Shown in pieces: positions 12,386-24,382 of a stretch of 64,000 bases of DNA. The notes beneath the pieces were generated by a model. That model was not told the origin of the DNA and made no database searches. It was given only the letters and a program-made list of their open reading frames with translations. The stretch comes from Magallana gigas (taxonomy: Eukaryota): positions 44,950,001-45,014,000 of the forward strand of contig NC_088856.1 of NCBI RefSeq assembly GCF_963853765.1, written 5' to 3'. Position 1 is the first letter of the stretch; every line of letters starts with the position of its first letter. Position numbers and translations under genes: made by a program.

Positions 12386-15300
12386 ATGACGTCAGATGAT
12401 GATGTAGTGACCCTTGAGGACATTGAAAAAGCAAGAGAAGTAGTCATGAAATCACCGCTCAACGTTCGTAAAACGCCCCTTTTGAAAAATATGACGTCAT
12501 ATTTCCCAGAACTGGACCCAAGCATAAATCTACACCTGAAGCTTGAAAGTCTACAAACCACAGGTTAGAAAATTGAGATTGATTTATGTATAATATTAGC
12601 TTTTATTTATAAACGTGCTCGGTTTATGATCTTTTTTATCGGTTGTGGGGGGGGGGGGGGTCCTTGGGGGTTACACTGTATGCGTCTTGGAGATGTATAA
12701 TATACTATAATCTGATTTTTTTTCGATCTATAGGTTCTTTCAAAATACGTGGAGTTGCAAACCAGATGGCAAATCTTCCCCAAGAGGTGAAAAGTGGCAA
12801 AAGGAAGCTGATAACTATGTCAGCAGGGAACTATGGGAAGGCATTTGCATACACATTGGACAAACTTAATCTGTCTGGTCTTTGCTTGATGCCCTTAACG
12901 GCGCCATCAAGCAGGGTAGCCTTAATAAAGGTATGATGTTATAATTATTACAGTGATAACGCCGATATGTTGTTTTATCCTGCATGTTTGTCGAAATTAT
13001 TAATCTATTAGAATTATGAAAAAAAGAAGTTAGCATAGTGTTTTGTGGAAATATTTATGCTTCACAAGGAGAAAATTGTTAAATGATTTAAGGTTAAATT
13101 CTTCAAATTCTACTATAAATTCATTTTTTAATACCTCTGGTCTGAGATGGTTGCTTTACTTCCGAGTGAATGATGATAAGCATGATATCTTCCGTTAATG
13201 ATCAACTATTTGAAAGGAGTTTTCCACTTCAGCAACTCAAAAATTGAAAACAAATTTTAACATCAACTGCAGTCACATTGCCAAAAGCGTCATTAAGCCA
13301 TATTGTAGGAAACATTTCCACTATATGTAGATGCACATGAAGGTAGTAAGAATTCATTACAGATTTATTTACTGTCCAAAATTAGATAATAGCTTGATTG
13401 CACAAACTGAGAAGTTTATTTATTGGGAATTATTAATAATCTTCCCAATCTACTTTCTGTTTGGTTTTATAATTATATAAATAGCAAAGGTACACTTGAC
13501 CTTTCAACCCGTACTCATGTTATCACGTTTGTTATCTTCACATTCGTGTTCGTTATTGATAAAAAAAGTGAAATAGGTAACTTTTCGTTATAGTTAAAGG
13601 TTTCTCTGTTGAATACGATCATACATGTAACTATAAAAGGTGACTTATTAAACACAAAACTGAATCGCATTTCTGTTAGCTGCAATATCATAGCTCTCTC
13701 CGANNNNNNNNNNNNNNNNNNNNNNNNNNNNNNNNNNNNNNNNNNNNNNNNNNNNNNNNNNNNNNNNNNNNNNNNNNNNNNNNNNNNNNNNNNNNNNNNN
13801 NNNNNNNNNNNNNNNNNNNNNNNNNNNNNNNNNNNNNNNNNNNNNNNNNNNNNNNNNNNNNTTGCTGTAACTCCATATTATTGTGAGTTTAATTAAGTAA
13901 AATTATGAAATGCAATTTTACTTTTAGTTAATTTAGTTTGTAAGGGAATTGTAAGGGATACTAGTTGTCCATGCACCCATAGCTGCCCCTTTTGTAATGC
14001 GTCGCATTTATACACACGCACTTGTTACTGCTTAAAGTCTGCCCTAGTCTGACTATAGCGTGCTCCTACTTTTTCACTTTGTTATACAAAGTGTAATAAT
14101 AGGGACTGGCTTTAGTCAGACTGAAGTCTGTCCCAATTTATAATGATAACGGTGTTATTTATTATAATACTCTGGGGTAAACTGTGTCACAGAAACAAGT
14201 GCCCGTGCATATGAAATGCATGTGAAACCTGAAGCCACAATTAATCAGTTGGACTTAGTATAAAACAAAAATATGCTATACATGTAGATATGATAAACTA
14301 GTTATATACAGGGCAGTCGTTTATAAATGCATGCATGGATACGATCCGTATTTCGTGTTTATTTGCATGACAATAAGTGTGCTATTGCGAGTGTGTATCT
14401 GTGATAAAAATCTAATGTTATTGAAGAAATCTCAGTTCCCCCGTCAACGGTCATCAAATTTCGATATCTGATTTAGTTTTAAAATTGTTGAGGCATTCTC
14501 CTTTCATTTATATGTGCCTTTTATAGTTAATGTGCTACATGTTTTGAAAAATATATTTAAAAAAAAACAACACCCGTAGCAGTTGGTCTAAATCATTTAA
14601 TTGACAAAACAGGCCATGAAGATGCGACAAGTCTTTCAAAACATTTTCTTTTGATTTTTTTTTTATCATTATAAATCTTATTATTGTATAGAATTAGCAT
14701 CGTAAGACGGCTTTTTTTTCTTTCTTTTTTTTTGGGGGGGGGGGGGGGGGGGCGAATTGCCAAATAAATTTTATCTTGTTTTTTTTTTACCCTCAATAAG
14801 CACTGACCAATTTTAAAACGCCAAAAGTAAATGTACTGTAAAATAAAATCACGAAATCTTGTATATTTTTATGTAAATAAGAAAATATATTGAAAACTTC
14901 TTACATGTACTATAAAATAATTAACATTATCGAGCATTTGCGACGCATTTTTATTTTGCAAATTTTGTTCTATAATCATCACCGATGTTTACATGTAGTT
15001 TCAGACGTGAAGTTGAAGTGGAAAACTCCTTTTTATCGGTTTTGTTCAACTTATATGCTTGAAACACGTTTCGTTCTCATCGAATTTTGGTCTCTTAATG
15101 TGGACGTTTTTCTTAATGTGCTTGAAAAGTATGCCATTTCTCCTTTTAGAGTTTAGGGGTTTCTGTGGAGCAGTGCCCCACCTCTGAATTAACTAGTGAA
15201 GTAAACAGATATGTCCAGAAAGAGAACTTTATATATTACCACTCCTTTGATGATGCTAGATTGATTGCTGGTTACGGAAGGTATCCACGGAGCTCGACTC

Positions 15301-18300
15301 TTGAACTCTAACCTTTCACCTTACTGAACCTTTAACCCTATTGTGAACTGCTGTGAATTGCAAGAAGAATTACTGTAGAAAGTTATACTTTTGTTCGTTT
15401 CAGGGACGAGAGAAAAATAACTGCATGGGTTTTAAAGCTAATTTTCCCTTCTATGCCAAAACATATTTTTGGTTGAAAAGAGTCAAAATGACGAACTATA
15501 AGTGGAGCATATTCTACAGTAATTCTTTGCCCAATTTTAGTATGTATTAGTTTTTATACCTAGCTATGTATGTATCAGTACAAACGTTTGGTAGAATAGG
15601 GCAAGTGTTTTTAACAAGCTAACTCAAAATTAACTTGGTTACTAACATTGTTACATGTAGCATTTGTTGCACAAGACAAACGATACAGCATCCGTTTAAA
15701 AAAAATCCCGCGACAATCCCGTCCAAAACCAGAGGTTCGATGAAACAAAGTCAGCGCAATAATGTATTTAAGAAACAATAAGCTTAACTTCCGTATTTTC
15801 TGTTAACCTATAGAGCTATGGTTGTGAGGTGGCCATTTATCCGAGCCATGAAATTCAGGCAGCCTTTTCTCAGTATGACGCTCATAACTTCCCTGTCCTT
15901 GATCCAATTGACGACGCGTCGTACATAACAGGCTGCGGCAGGTAACAGAGAGCAACCCCAAGCAAAAATATTGAAGTTTTACATAGGAATCACCCCGAAG
16001 CTTGCTTATAAACACATTTATATGCATTTAAAGGATTACTTATCGTGTACTTGTCATTTTCAAGAACATATGAATTTGATACTTAATATCAGTATAACGC
16101 AAATTGAATAATTGAATATAGATTCATAGTGGTTTCTAAAATACAAAGTCAGTTATTGGAAATTATATATATATATATTTTTGGCATCATGAAGCTAACG
16201 GCAGCTGTGGCAGGTTTTTATTTCATATTTTAATTTTCAATAGAGATAAATTAAATACTGCTCTTGGTTTGTTTTTGTGTCACGCAGACGTGCTCACGTT
16301 TTACAGATTCGATTTAGAAAAAAACAACAACATTTGAACCACGTAGTAAAAATGATGTCGTAAAATTAGGTTAAAAATTAATATCATCATGAATGTGTAG
16401 TCAGTTACAATAATAATAGCAAATTAGGAGTCCCGTATTCCTATCTTTGGGGTAAACCCTCGTTTTGCTGCCCATTCGTTTAAGTTCATAGCCTCATCAA
16501 TGTAATGGAAACAACAAAATACTTGTATACATGTATTTTTGCGTTTGTTTAATGTATATTTTTTGATTCCGTAGGATTAATTAAAGTTGTGGATTCTTAC
16601 TTTTAGTAATTGCAATTCTAGATGATGGAGTCTACGCCCTTTGCATGTATTTCAAACTTCATTATAGTTTTCAAAATTTCACTAATTGTACTTAACATCG
16701 GATGTGTTCGGGATCGGTTGCACAACGTCTCTTTGTTTTAAGAAAGGCAGATAACGAATTTCAAGCAATTCAAAGCCAGTTGTTGCTCTTGGTCTTGGAA
16801 ACCCGAGCAAAGGGACCAGTTTTGTCATAATGAGGCGATTATGTTCTTCTTTTTATTGTCTAAAACTTAGTTTTAGCCTATATTGATTGTCCTTTTGCAA
16901 CACTGTCTATTAATACCACATCTTCATAAATACTAATAAAAAAACAAGGAGATATTACCTACCTTACCAGCATATGCTAGTATATACTTGATTTTCCTGA
17001 GGGAAGAATGGAATGTGTTAACACACTGTTCGCAATAACCTTTGGGTGCAAATCCAAAGCAATGAACATAGGTGTCCTCACAGACCAATTTGCAAGTGAA
17101 AGAAATTATCAGAGTTCTTCAGAGTTAAAAGTGTCTTGAAAGTGTCAACTAATTTTTGATTTTACTCCTTATATGCCACCTTTCTTACGAGTTAGACCCA
17201 TTTTGCCGAGAGCTTTGTCATCCCTGATATAACGATATCTAAGTTAAACGCCATGGGATGAACATGCAGTTATACCTTATAGATATTCTCAATGGTGTCA
17301 TCTAAAATAATATTGATATATATATATGCTTTTACATACTTGTTTATCAGTTGTTAAAGTTTTAAATGCCTTTGCTTAGGAATGGCTACAGTATTTGCCA
17401 GTTCCTCCGAATTTCTGAAGCATTAGAAAGAAGAGTTCTTGACAATTAAGTTTTAAAACACGTTATAATAATAGATTTCCTTTGGTACCATGTCTTTCTT
17501 TTGTAGATTATTTATCCTGATAGTTAGGGCTTCTTTTTTTGTCCATTTGGAATTGTTTCAGGTCACGTACTTTTGATTTAAAATCAGGTGCCTAGGAATC
17601 TTGAATTATTCCTAGCAATAGAAGAAGGGATAGTGTTACTGTTACATAAAGGTTAATTGTGGTTCTGCTATCAATTAAGATGAGGCTAGGAACATTTTGA
17701 TACTACATGGAGTTTTACCCTCGAACATGCAGCAAGAGTTCCTTAACTAAGATTTTTATAGCCCTGTGATTTAATCACAACAGATAAAACCTAGCTTTAC
17801 TGACCAAAATGAAACTCTGAACTTCTAAAGTTTCTTATTTAGTCCCCTCCTTGAACCTCATTCACCCAGTTTGTCTTTGCCCTAACTAATTTTTTTTAGC
17901 ACAGTCTCTCTAGAAAAATGAAAAGGTAATCCTCAAATATCAAATATGCTTTTGTCGCGTCTTGTATTGTTGTTGCTTGATTTTGTTTACAAGTAACCGT
18001 TCATTTTGGTTTCTGTTTTCATTGCATGAGTTTCTGTTTTCACATGTCTAATTTAATATCAGTATTATAATTATGCATTTACAAGTTTGTGTCATGATTT
18101 AACGTTTGAAATATCATGATTTTATATATTAATTTCAAAATTACACTATAATTTCAATATCAAAGAAAGTTCCGTTAACGATACTTTCCAAATTCCAATG
18201 ATTTATCAGACATTTCTTTGTCTAGTGTTGCTATGGAAATTTTGGAAGATGACGTCAGACCTGACGTTGTTGTCGTCTGCTGTGGCGGCGGGGGACTAGT

Positions 18301-19523
18301 TTCGGGAATAGCCGCGGCCATTAAATTGTCCGGGTTGAGGGACTGTAGAATTTATGCAGTAGAACCTGAGGGATGTAAGTCAGAGAAATAGTGCATGTAT
18401 CAGGTACCGTGTTAAAACATTGCGAAGATCGGTTTTCATAACAATTTCTCAAGGTTGCAATGTATCCATGTGAGAGTTGTCTTTCCTATTAGAGGATATT
18501 TATACTTAAATCTCCATTTCATAAATATTCATAATTACATGTGTATAGATGACCCTTATTATCTTATATTAATGAGTTTTATAAATGGAAAACATGTACA
18601 TGGCCTGTCTTATAATCTGAATATCTAAGGCGAAAGTATCTATGACTGTTTATTACTTGACCTTATTCATTATATGAAAGTGAAACATCGTTTCTATAAA
18701 CACAGTATATCTTTGTAGCCCGGACAATGTATGAAAGTTTTCAGAAAGGGGAACCTGTTACAATGGCCGTTAATTCAGTAGCTACAGGGCTATCACCTCC
18801 ATATGCAGGTAATAATCAAAACAATATTCATTAAGAATAAACACACATCTGATGTTGTTGGCAGGCACTTAGCTATGGGGGAGTGGGGGTGGTCACCTCC
18901 CCACCCCCATCCCCACACACTTTTTCTCGTAGCATATAATTTTCTTAATATGACATATGATATTGAATTATCATGGAGTCCCCCCATCTTTTTGTGGACA
19001 TGCAATAGATGGAAGTAAAAATAAGGAATTTAACACAAAAGTTAAAGGTAAAAGAGTACTTCACCCCCACCCCCTTTCCCCTTCCCCATTAAGGTTTTCA
19101 TGTTTTTGAAAACTACCTTTTTTTTTTAATTGTCAAGATTTTTTGGATGCAACTGTTTACACATTTAAAAACGATACAATGCTACGTGCTTGGTTGTTTT
19201 ATATATAAAAAATTATGTTTAGCTGAAAAAATTGATTAAATCTGTATGTAAATTATTTCCTTTCTTTGTTTTTTTTTTTAGGAAAATTAACTTATCAGTG
19301 CTGTCGAAGATATGTAGAAGATGTCATTTTGGTGTCCGATAACGAAATCTTAAAGTGTATGTCAAGACTCTTTGATATTGGGTTAGTGGCCGAACCCTCT
19401 GGCTGTGCTGCTTTGGCGGCCATTTTAAATAATAAGATCCCGGATGTAGCGGGAAAGCGAGTTGTTGCTGTTGTCACCGGAAGTAATGTCACGCTGTCAG
19501 AAATGAGTTCATATATTCAATAA
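12386..19523 (+). CDS. PLP-dependent serine/threonine dehydratase family enzyme (fold type II), 6 coding exons, about 328 aa
   Basis: Exons 12386-12563, 12734-12930, 15150-15280, 18226-18374, 18719-18808, 19282-19523 (987 nt, phases consistent). Motifs: LKLESLQTTGSFKIRG (PLP lysine), SAGNYG, CCGGGGL phosphate loop, AVEP, AEPSG, TGSN. Confidence 0.92.
13704..13861. other. Assembly gap (N run)
   Basis: Run of N. Confidence 1.
14045..14123. mobile_element. 79-bp TIR element with about 10-bp target duplication
   Basis: TAGTCTGACTA...TAGTCAGACTG, flanked by AAGTCTGCCC (14035) and AAGTCTGTCC (14124). Confidence 0.65.
15814..15941 (+). CDS. Alternative (duplicated) exon 3b of the dehydratase gene
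   Basis: Bounded by TATAG| and |GTAACA, 128 nt, phase 0 to 2 like exon 3a. It encodes SYGCEVAIYPSHEIQAAFSQYDAHNFPVLDPIDDASYITGCG(S), which aligns with 3a SLGVSVEQCPTSELTSEVNRYVQKENFIYYHSFDDARLIAGYG(S). Confidence 0.75.
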
Positions 19524-20940
19524 AGAGTGAAGAGACATGTTTGCGGATGATTTTTTCTGTCAGCTTCCTTCGTTCACTTTAGTTGAGTTTTAATTTGTGA
19601 ACATGGATGGTTGTAACTTTTGATAAAATACAATCCGGTATTGTATCATATGATATATAAACCAGAATCTGTTTTCATTATATGATACAATATTATTGTA
19701 TGTTGTGATTTAGATTTATATGTTATAAGTACAAATTGATATTGTATTTGGCATGATACATTATTGTATCATATAACATGATACGATATTGGTAAAACCA
19801 AATCAAGGCTAGAAATTGTTACATATAACATTAACTGTGATATTCATAGATTTTGATAATGGTGGTATCATGATGACGATGCGTCGATTACCTATGTCTT
19901 GATATTATGATTAATCTTTACAAGGTTCTGGTTCTTACTATTTTTAAGTACAATGTGCAATTATAGCTGCATGTTAAGTGAAATATACTTAATAGAGAAA
20001 AGAAACAAGAATGATTTTCATTATTGAACAGGAAAACTGACGAACACTAAATGGGATTGTTTCAGAAGAGTGGAATCTTGAAAACATGACAATGTAGTAG
20101 TTTTGGCGTATTCCAATGGCCATGCTATAGGGTTTACAGGGAATTTCTTATTTTGTTTGATTTTTAAATTCTTGAATTCTAAGCTTGTTTTGATATTTGT
20201 TAGGGATGAACAAGTATTCCTTTTAAAGGAATATTCGGAATGTAATGCTATTGGTCAGCTCTGTTAATGTATTACGAAAGCATTACGCTACATACAGTAA
20301 ATATAGATATAGCACCGTTTTGAAGATTTCCGAAATAGCTTTATTTTTAGTAGGCGAATTAGACTGCTGGTGAATATTCTCTCGCATTTGTAAAGAAAAA
20401 GGCGATTTAAATCATTATGTATGTAGCTGTATCAATGTTTATTTTTAATGCAATCGGATAAGAGTAACGTTTTAAGCAATCTACGTGTAAAAGGTTGTCA
20501 TTGCATAGAAAATAAAGAAGTGCAAGGTGCAATGCTTGTGCAAGCAGTAAAAATTGCCGGATGCTTCATATGGACAGAACAAAAATAATTACTTATATCT
20601 GACTGTCCTTAGATATTGTGGTACGAAAATCCAAAATTTAATAAAATATAGCCCTATATTTCATGGCACTCTTCCTTTTTAAAAAGAATTACTTATCATC
20701 CTAAAACATCGAAACTAAAGATAAATTTTTATTGGCCGTTATCAAAAATAGTAGAATTGCAGTATTTTAAAGCTTTTCTGGAGTCTTCTTCAAATACACA
20801 TGCACTTTTAACATAGACATTATACTTGATTGTATATTTCAAGTGCCGATCTCCAAGTAAGCTAGCTTATTATTGTTTCTCAAGTGATATTTTTTTTAAA
20901 CAATAGGTTTTTATGGGGTTTTTTTTGTGTTTTATAATGT

Positions 20941-21058
20941 TGTAAATTTTTTTAATTTACTGGTTGGATGTAAATACAAATTAACAACATGACAACTTTT
21001 GTCATGTTGTAAATGTAAATTTTGTATTTACACCAACCCAGTAAATTAAAAATTTACA
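20941..21058. repeat. About 118-bp near-perfect AT-rich palindrome (foldback element)
   Basis: Outer arms of about 41 bp plus an inner ACAACATGACAA/TTGTCATGTTGT stem. Confidence 0.8.
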
Positions 21059-21561
21059 GGATGACAGTTTCATGAGCTTAATAAACAAATGTAACAGTTG
21101 AAGCAAAGTTTAACGCTTCATCTTCTATCAATAAACGAAAAGGATAACGTGTTTACCCAATACATTGAGACATTAATATCTTCATATTTTTTCTTTATAA
21201 ACTCCGTTTTTGCTGCACCATAGTTAGAATAAGCTCGGTTTTGTAATAGGATGCCAACAGCTCTGTGGCTTTTTTTTTTTTACCAATAATTACCAGCTTG
21301 GATTAAAAGAACACCACATAGATAAAACTGAGAAACTTTAAACTGCAAACTTTAAATATGAAATGTTAAAAAATTAAATACGCATTGTTATAACTTCCTG
21401 TTTCGACTTCCCGCATCATATTAGACATCCGAAACAAATTGACTTTCATCATTTAGTAAATTACTTATCGAAAGCAAATCGCCTGCTCACAATATACTAT
21501 TTACACTAAAAATCGGAACACCTTAGTATTCTTTTTAGTTGAATAGTCAATATATCCTAGA

Positions 21562-22838
21562 ATGGGCGGTGGTGGAAGCTGGCCCAGACAACCGCAAGGT
21601 AGTTTATAAATAAGTGTACTGTTTGTTTTTTATGAAAAATCTAATCGTAATAATATCACTGTAAATAAATAAGGTTGTATTTTTCATAAATTTGATCAAA
21701 ATATTAATTGTCATTTAAAAGGTGCCTCACTACACCTTGAAAAAGTTTCTCAAATCAGCAGAAAATTACTTGATTATGATAGAAAGCATGATGGATAAGA
21801 AGTATTTATGTCAAATAGGCGAAAAAATGTGCAATTTTAGTAAAAAAATGATATTTTCAAAAATTTCATTTAGTAAACATAAACAAAAGCCCCAGGTGGA
21901 TTCGAACTCATGACCTGCAGTTCACAAGCCTGATACTTTAACCACTGAGCTATGACGATATACATTTGAATCGATTGATACAAACAGTTTAACAAAACAT
22001 TTAAATCGCCATCTTGTGACGTAGTGTCTTAAAAAGTATAAGTCTCGGTGTAGTGAAGTACCTTTAGTTAATTAAAAAGCTCAATGATAAAACATCGAAC
22101 GATGCAGATTTATGGTAATATCCATTCGACATTTATGTCAATAGGAATTGTTACTGAATCTATTTTGGGTCCAACTACAAATGTGACCTCAACATCTGGA
22201 TTTGCAGATACTTTCAGTGTTCCATTGTCAGGTATTTTCTAATGAGGCTTTTTTTGTATTGATATTGAAAAGGGTATTTTTATACATAATTTTTGATAAA
22301 TATGCAAACATAAGAATCCTTTTATCATAATCGGAAATCAGCTACAGTGGAACGGATCTTATAGGCATTTATCGTGAATCTGAATTAAATTATGGCATGC
22401 TTTTTCTAAAGACTTTGAAATTATAATTATGTCACTTGATTTTTAACAATTGAAATATATTAAATTTTAGTAATTCGCCTTCTCATAAGATTTATTCAGT
22501 GTTATCAACTAATTGATTAGGATTTGAATTGGTAGACAAAAAATGTTCCTGATACTTACAAACGTAAAGTCATCACTATTTCTAAGGATCTCTTAAATGA
22601 GAAATGAAAATACCAGTCGCTGATGTGCCCTTATATGTTCATCGTTTTGAGAATTTATTATACTAGTAATGCCTTTTTAAAAATCATTTAACGAAAGTTA
22701 GCAAACTTTTCTATTAGCGTCAAAAGTATTATTTTGTAAAATCTGTAATGTTTGTATATCAAATGGATTGATAGAATGAACTTTTAGATATGACTTCAAC
22801 ATTTTGATTTGCAGATAACTACAGTGATCCGTTCGCAG
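21562..22838 (+). CDS. Partial gene A: MGGGGS-type first exon plus two small phase-1 exons; no downstream exons found
   Basis: Candidate exons 21562-21598 (MGGGGSWPRQPQ), 22145-22231 (S/T-rich) and 22815-22838, all with GT-AG borders in phase 1. Confidence 0.4.
21719..22064. mobile_element. TIR element (GGTACCTCACTACACC-type ends, TTAA-like flanks, possibly Kolobok-type) containing a tRNA-derived segment
   Basis: TIRs at 21719-21736 and 22047-22064. The minus strand at 21889-21957 reads TAGCTCAGTGG (A box) ...CTTGTGA... GTTCGAATC (B box). Confidence 0.7.
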
Positions 22839-24190
22839 GTAAATATGTTCTATGGAGGAAGGTGTAAATATATTCTAAGAAAAGTATAATTATTATTTTG
22901 CTTTAAGTATATTTCAATTTTCGTTACATATGACACGTGTCGTTGATTAATCAGCAAAACTTTGAGTACTAGTAGATGATTACTTACATGTAACTATACT
23001 AGTTTATCGTAAATTTATTTAAAATCACGAGTTCTAGGATGCTCGTAATTAGACATGAACAGTTCAAGGAGTGTTAGTGTTGTACATGTATAAAAAATTC
23101 GTTGGCTTGTTGCGTTACTTAACAAAAGTAGAGTTAAACGTATTTCTTTACACACATTAAGTACTAATTTCCGGTAAAGCGTCCGGTGTAGGCATAATTT
23201 GCTGTCGATACTGGCAAAACACAACGTACATTATTTACATCAATCAGCAAATTGTATCATATGAACACACAATTAGTAAATTAATTGGTATTAGTTGGTA
23301 TACTTCCTACACCAAGAAAAGAACATTGTGTAAAATTTAAGCTACATGTCTACGCTTTTATCTAAAAAATACAAACGGCTCTTATACCGATAATCTATTA
23401 TAATCTATTATGATTTAATGCTAATTTTAATAATAATAATAATAATAATCAATTATAATATAATTTGGTTATACATGAATGAACGTTAATTGTCACTTAA
23501 CCTTATAACTGAAATGAAATACCAACTCATATATTTATCAAATTTAAAAAAATAATCATAAATATTAATTCATATTACGGACATGTTTTCACAATAAAAA
23601 AAATCGCGATTATACGAAGATGAAGAGAGAAGAGGAGAACTTTAGACGTACCGTTCTTTAGCCACCAGAATGATTTACAAGTACAACAAATGACTTCAGA
23701 AAAAATCAGAAGACTATGCTGGCTGAGTGTGAATTACGGTATTTGTGTTGGTCAAAACTTACCATCAATGTTTCATATCTGCCTTCTTGTTTGTCATTTA
23801 CTTTCAAAGAACTGATAGATTGACCTCTTATATGGCCGGCGGACAAGCTTTTGGGTTTTGTGCCTAGTTGCTGACACATAATGTAACGTAAAAACAATTA
23901 CTTTCTCGTTCTTATTGATATCCATTGTTATGTTTTAATATCTGTGTATTTTTGTTTTGTTTTTATAATGTAAATGTTTTCCGGAAGATATATTTACGAA
24001 TTACCATCATATATTGTAGTTACCACATTCTATAGCACAGATGCTTGCTGATTGGACTTTGTTGGTTTGTACTTAATAGTTGTTGATGCATTTTTATTGA
24101 TTTGTCATTGCAAAAGTGTTATTGATGCATTTTCAAATCTTCTTTTTATTGTTTGACATTGATAAGCAAACAACAAATACCTTATCATAA

Positions 24191-24382
24191 TACTTTATAC
24201 GGAGTTATTTTCGCCCCGTGTTATTTCGCCCTTCTTCATTTGCAAACGGTTTTGATTTCGCCTATACAACGTTGTGTTTTAAGAGATATATTTTAAGACA
24301 TGGAAACGTTTTAATTTCGCTTGCTGACGACGAGGACAAAAGGGGCATAATAAGACAAGGCGAATATTTCCCTGTATACAGT
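24191..24382. mobile_element. Degenerate MITE
   Basis: Imperfect TIRs ACTTTATACGGAGTTATTTTCGCC / GGCGAATATTTCCCTGTATACAGT. Confidence 0.45.

Noticed and set aside
21889-21957. Functional tRNA-Thr(TGT) gene
   Set aside because: A and B boxes are present, but the acceptor and anticodon stems pair poorly and the segment sits inside a repeated TIR element. Treated as tRNA-derived.
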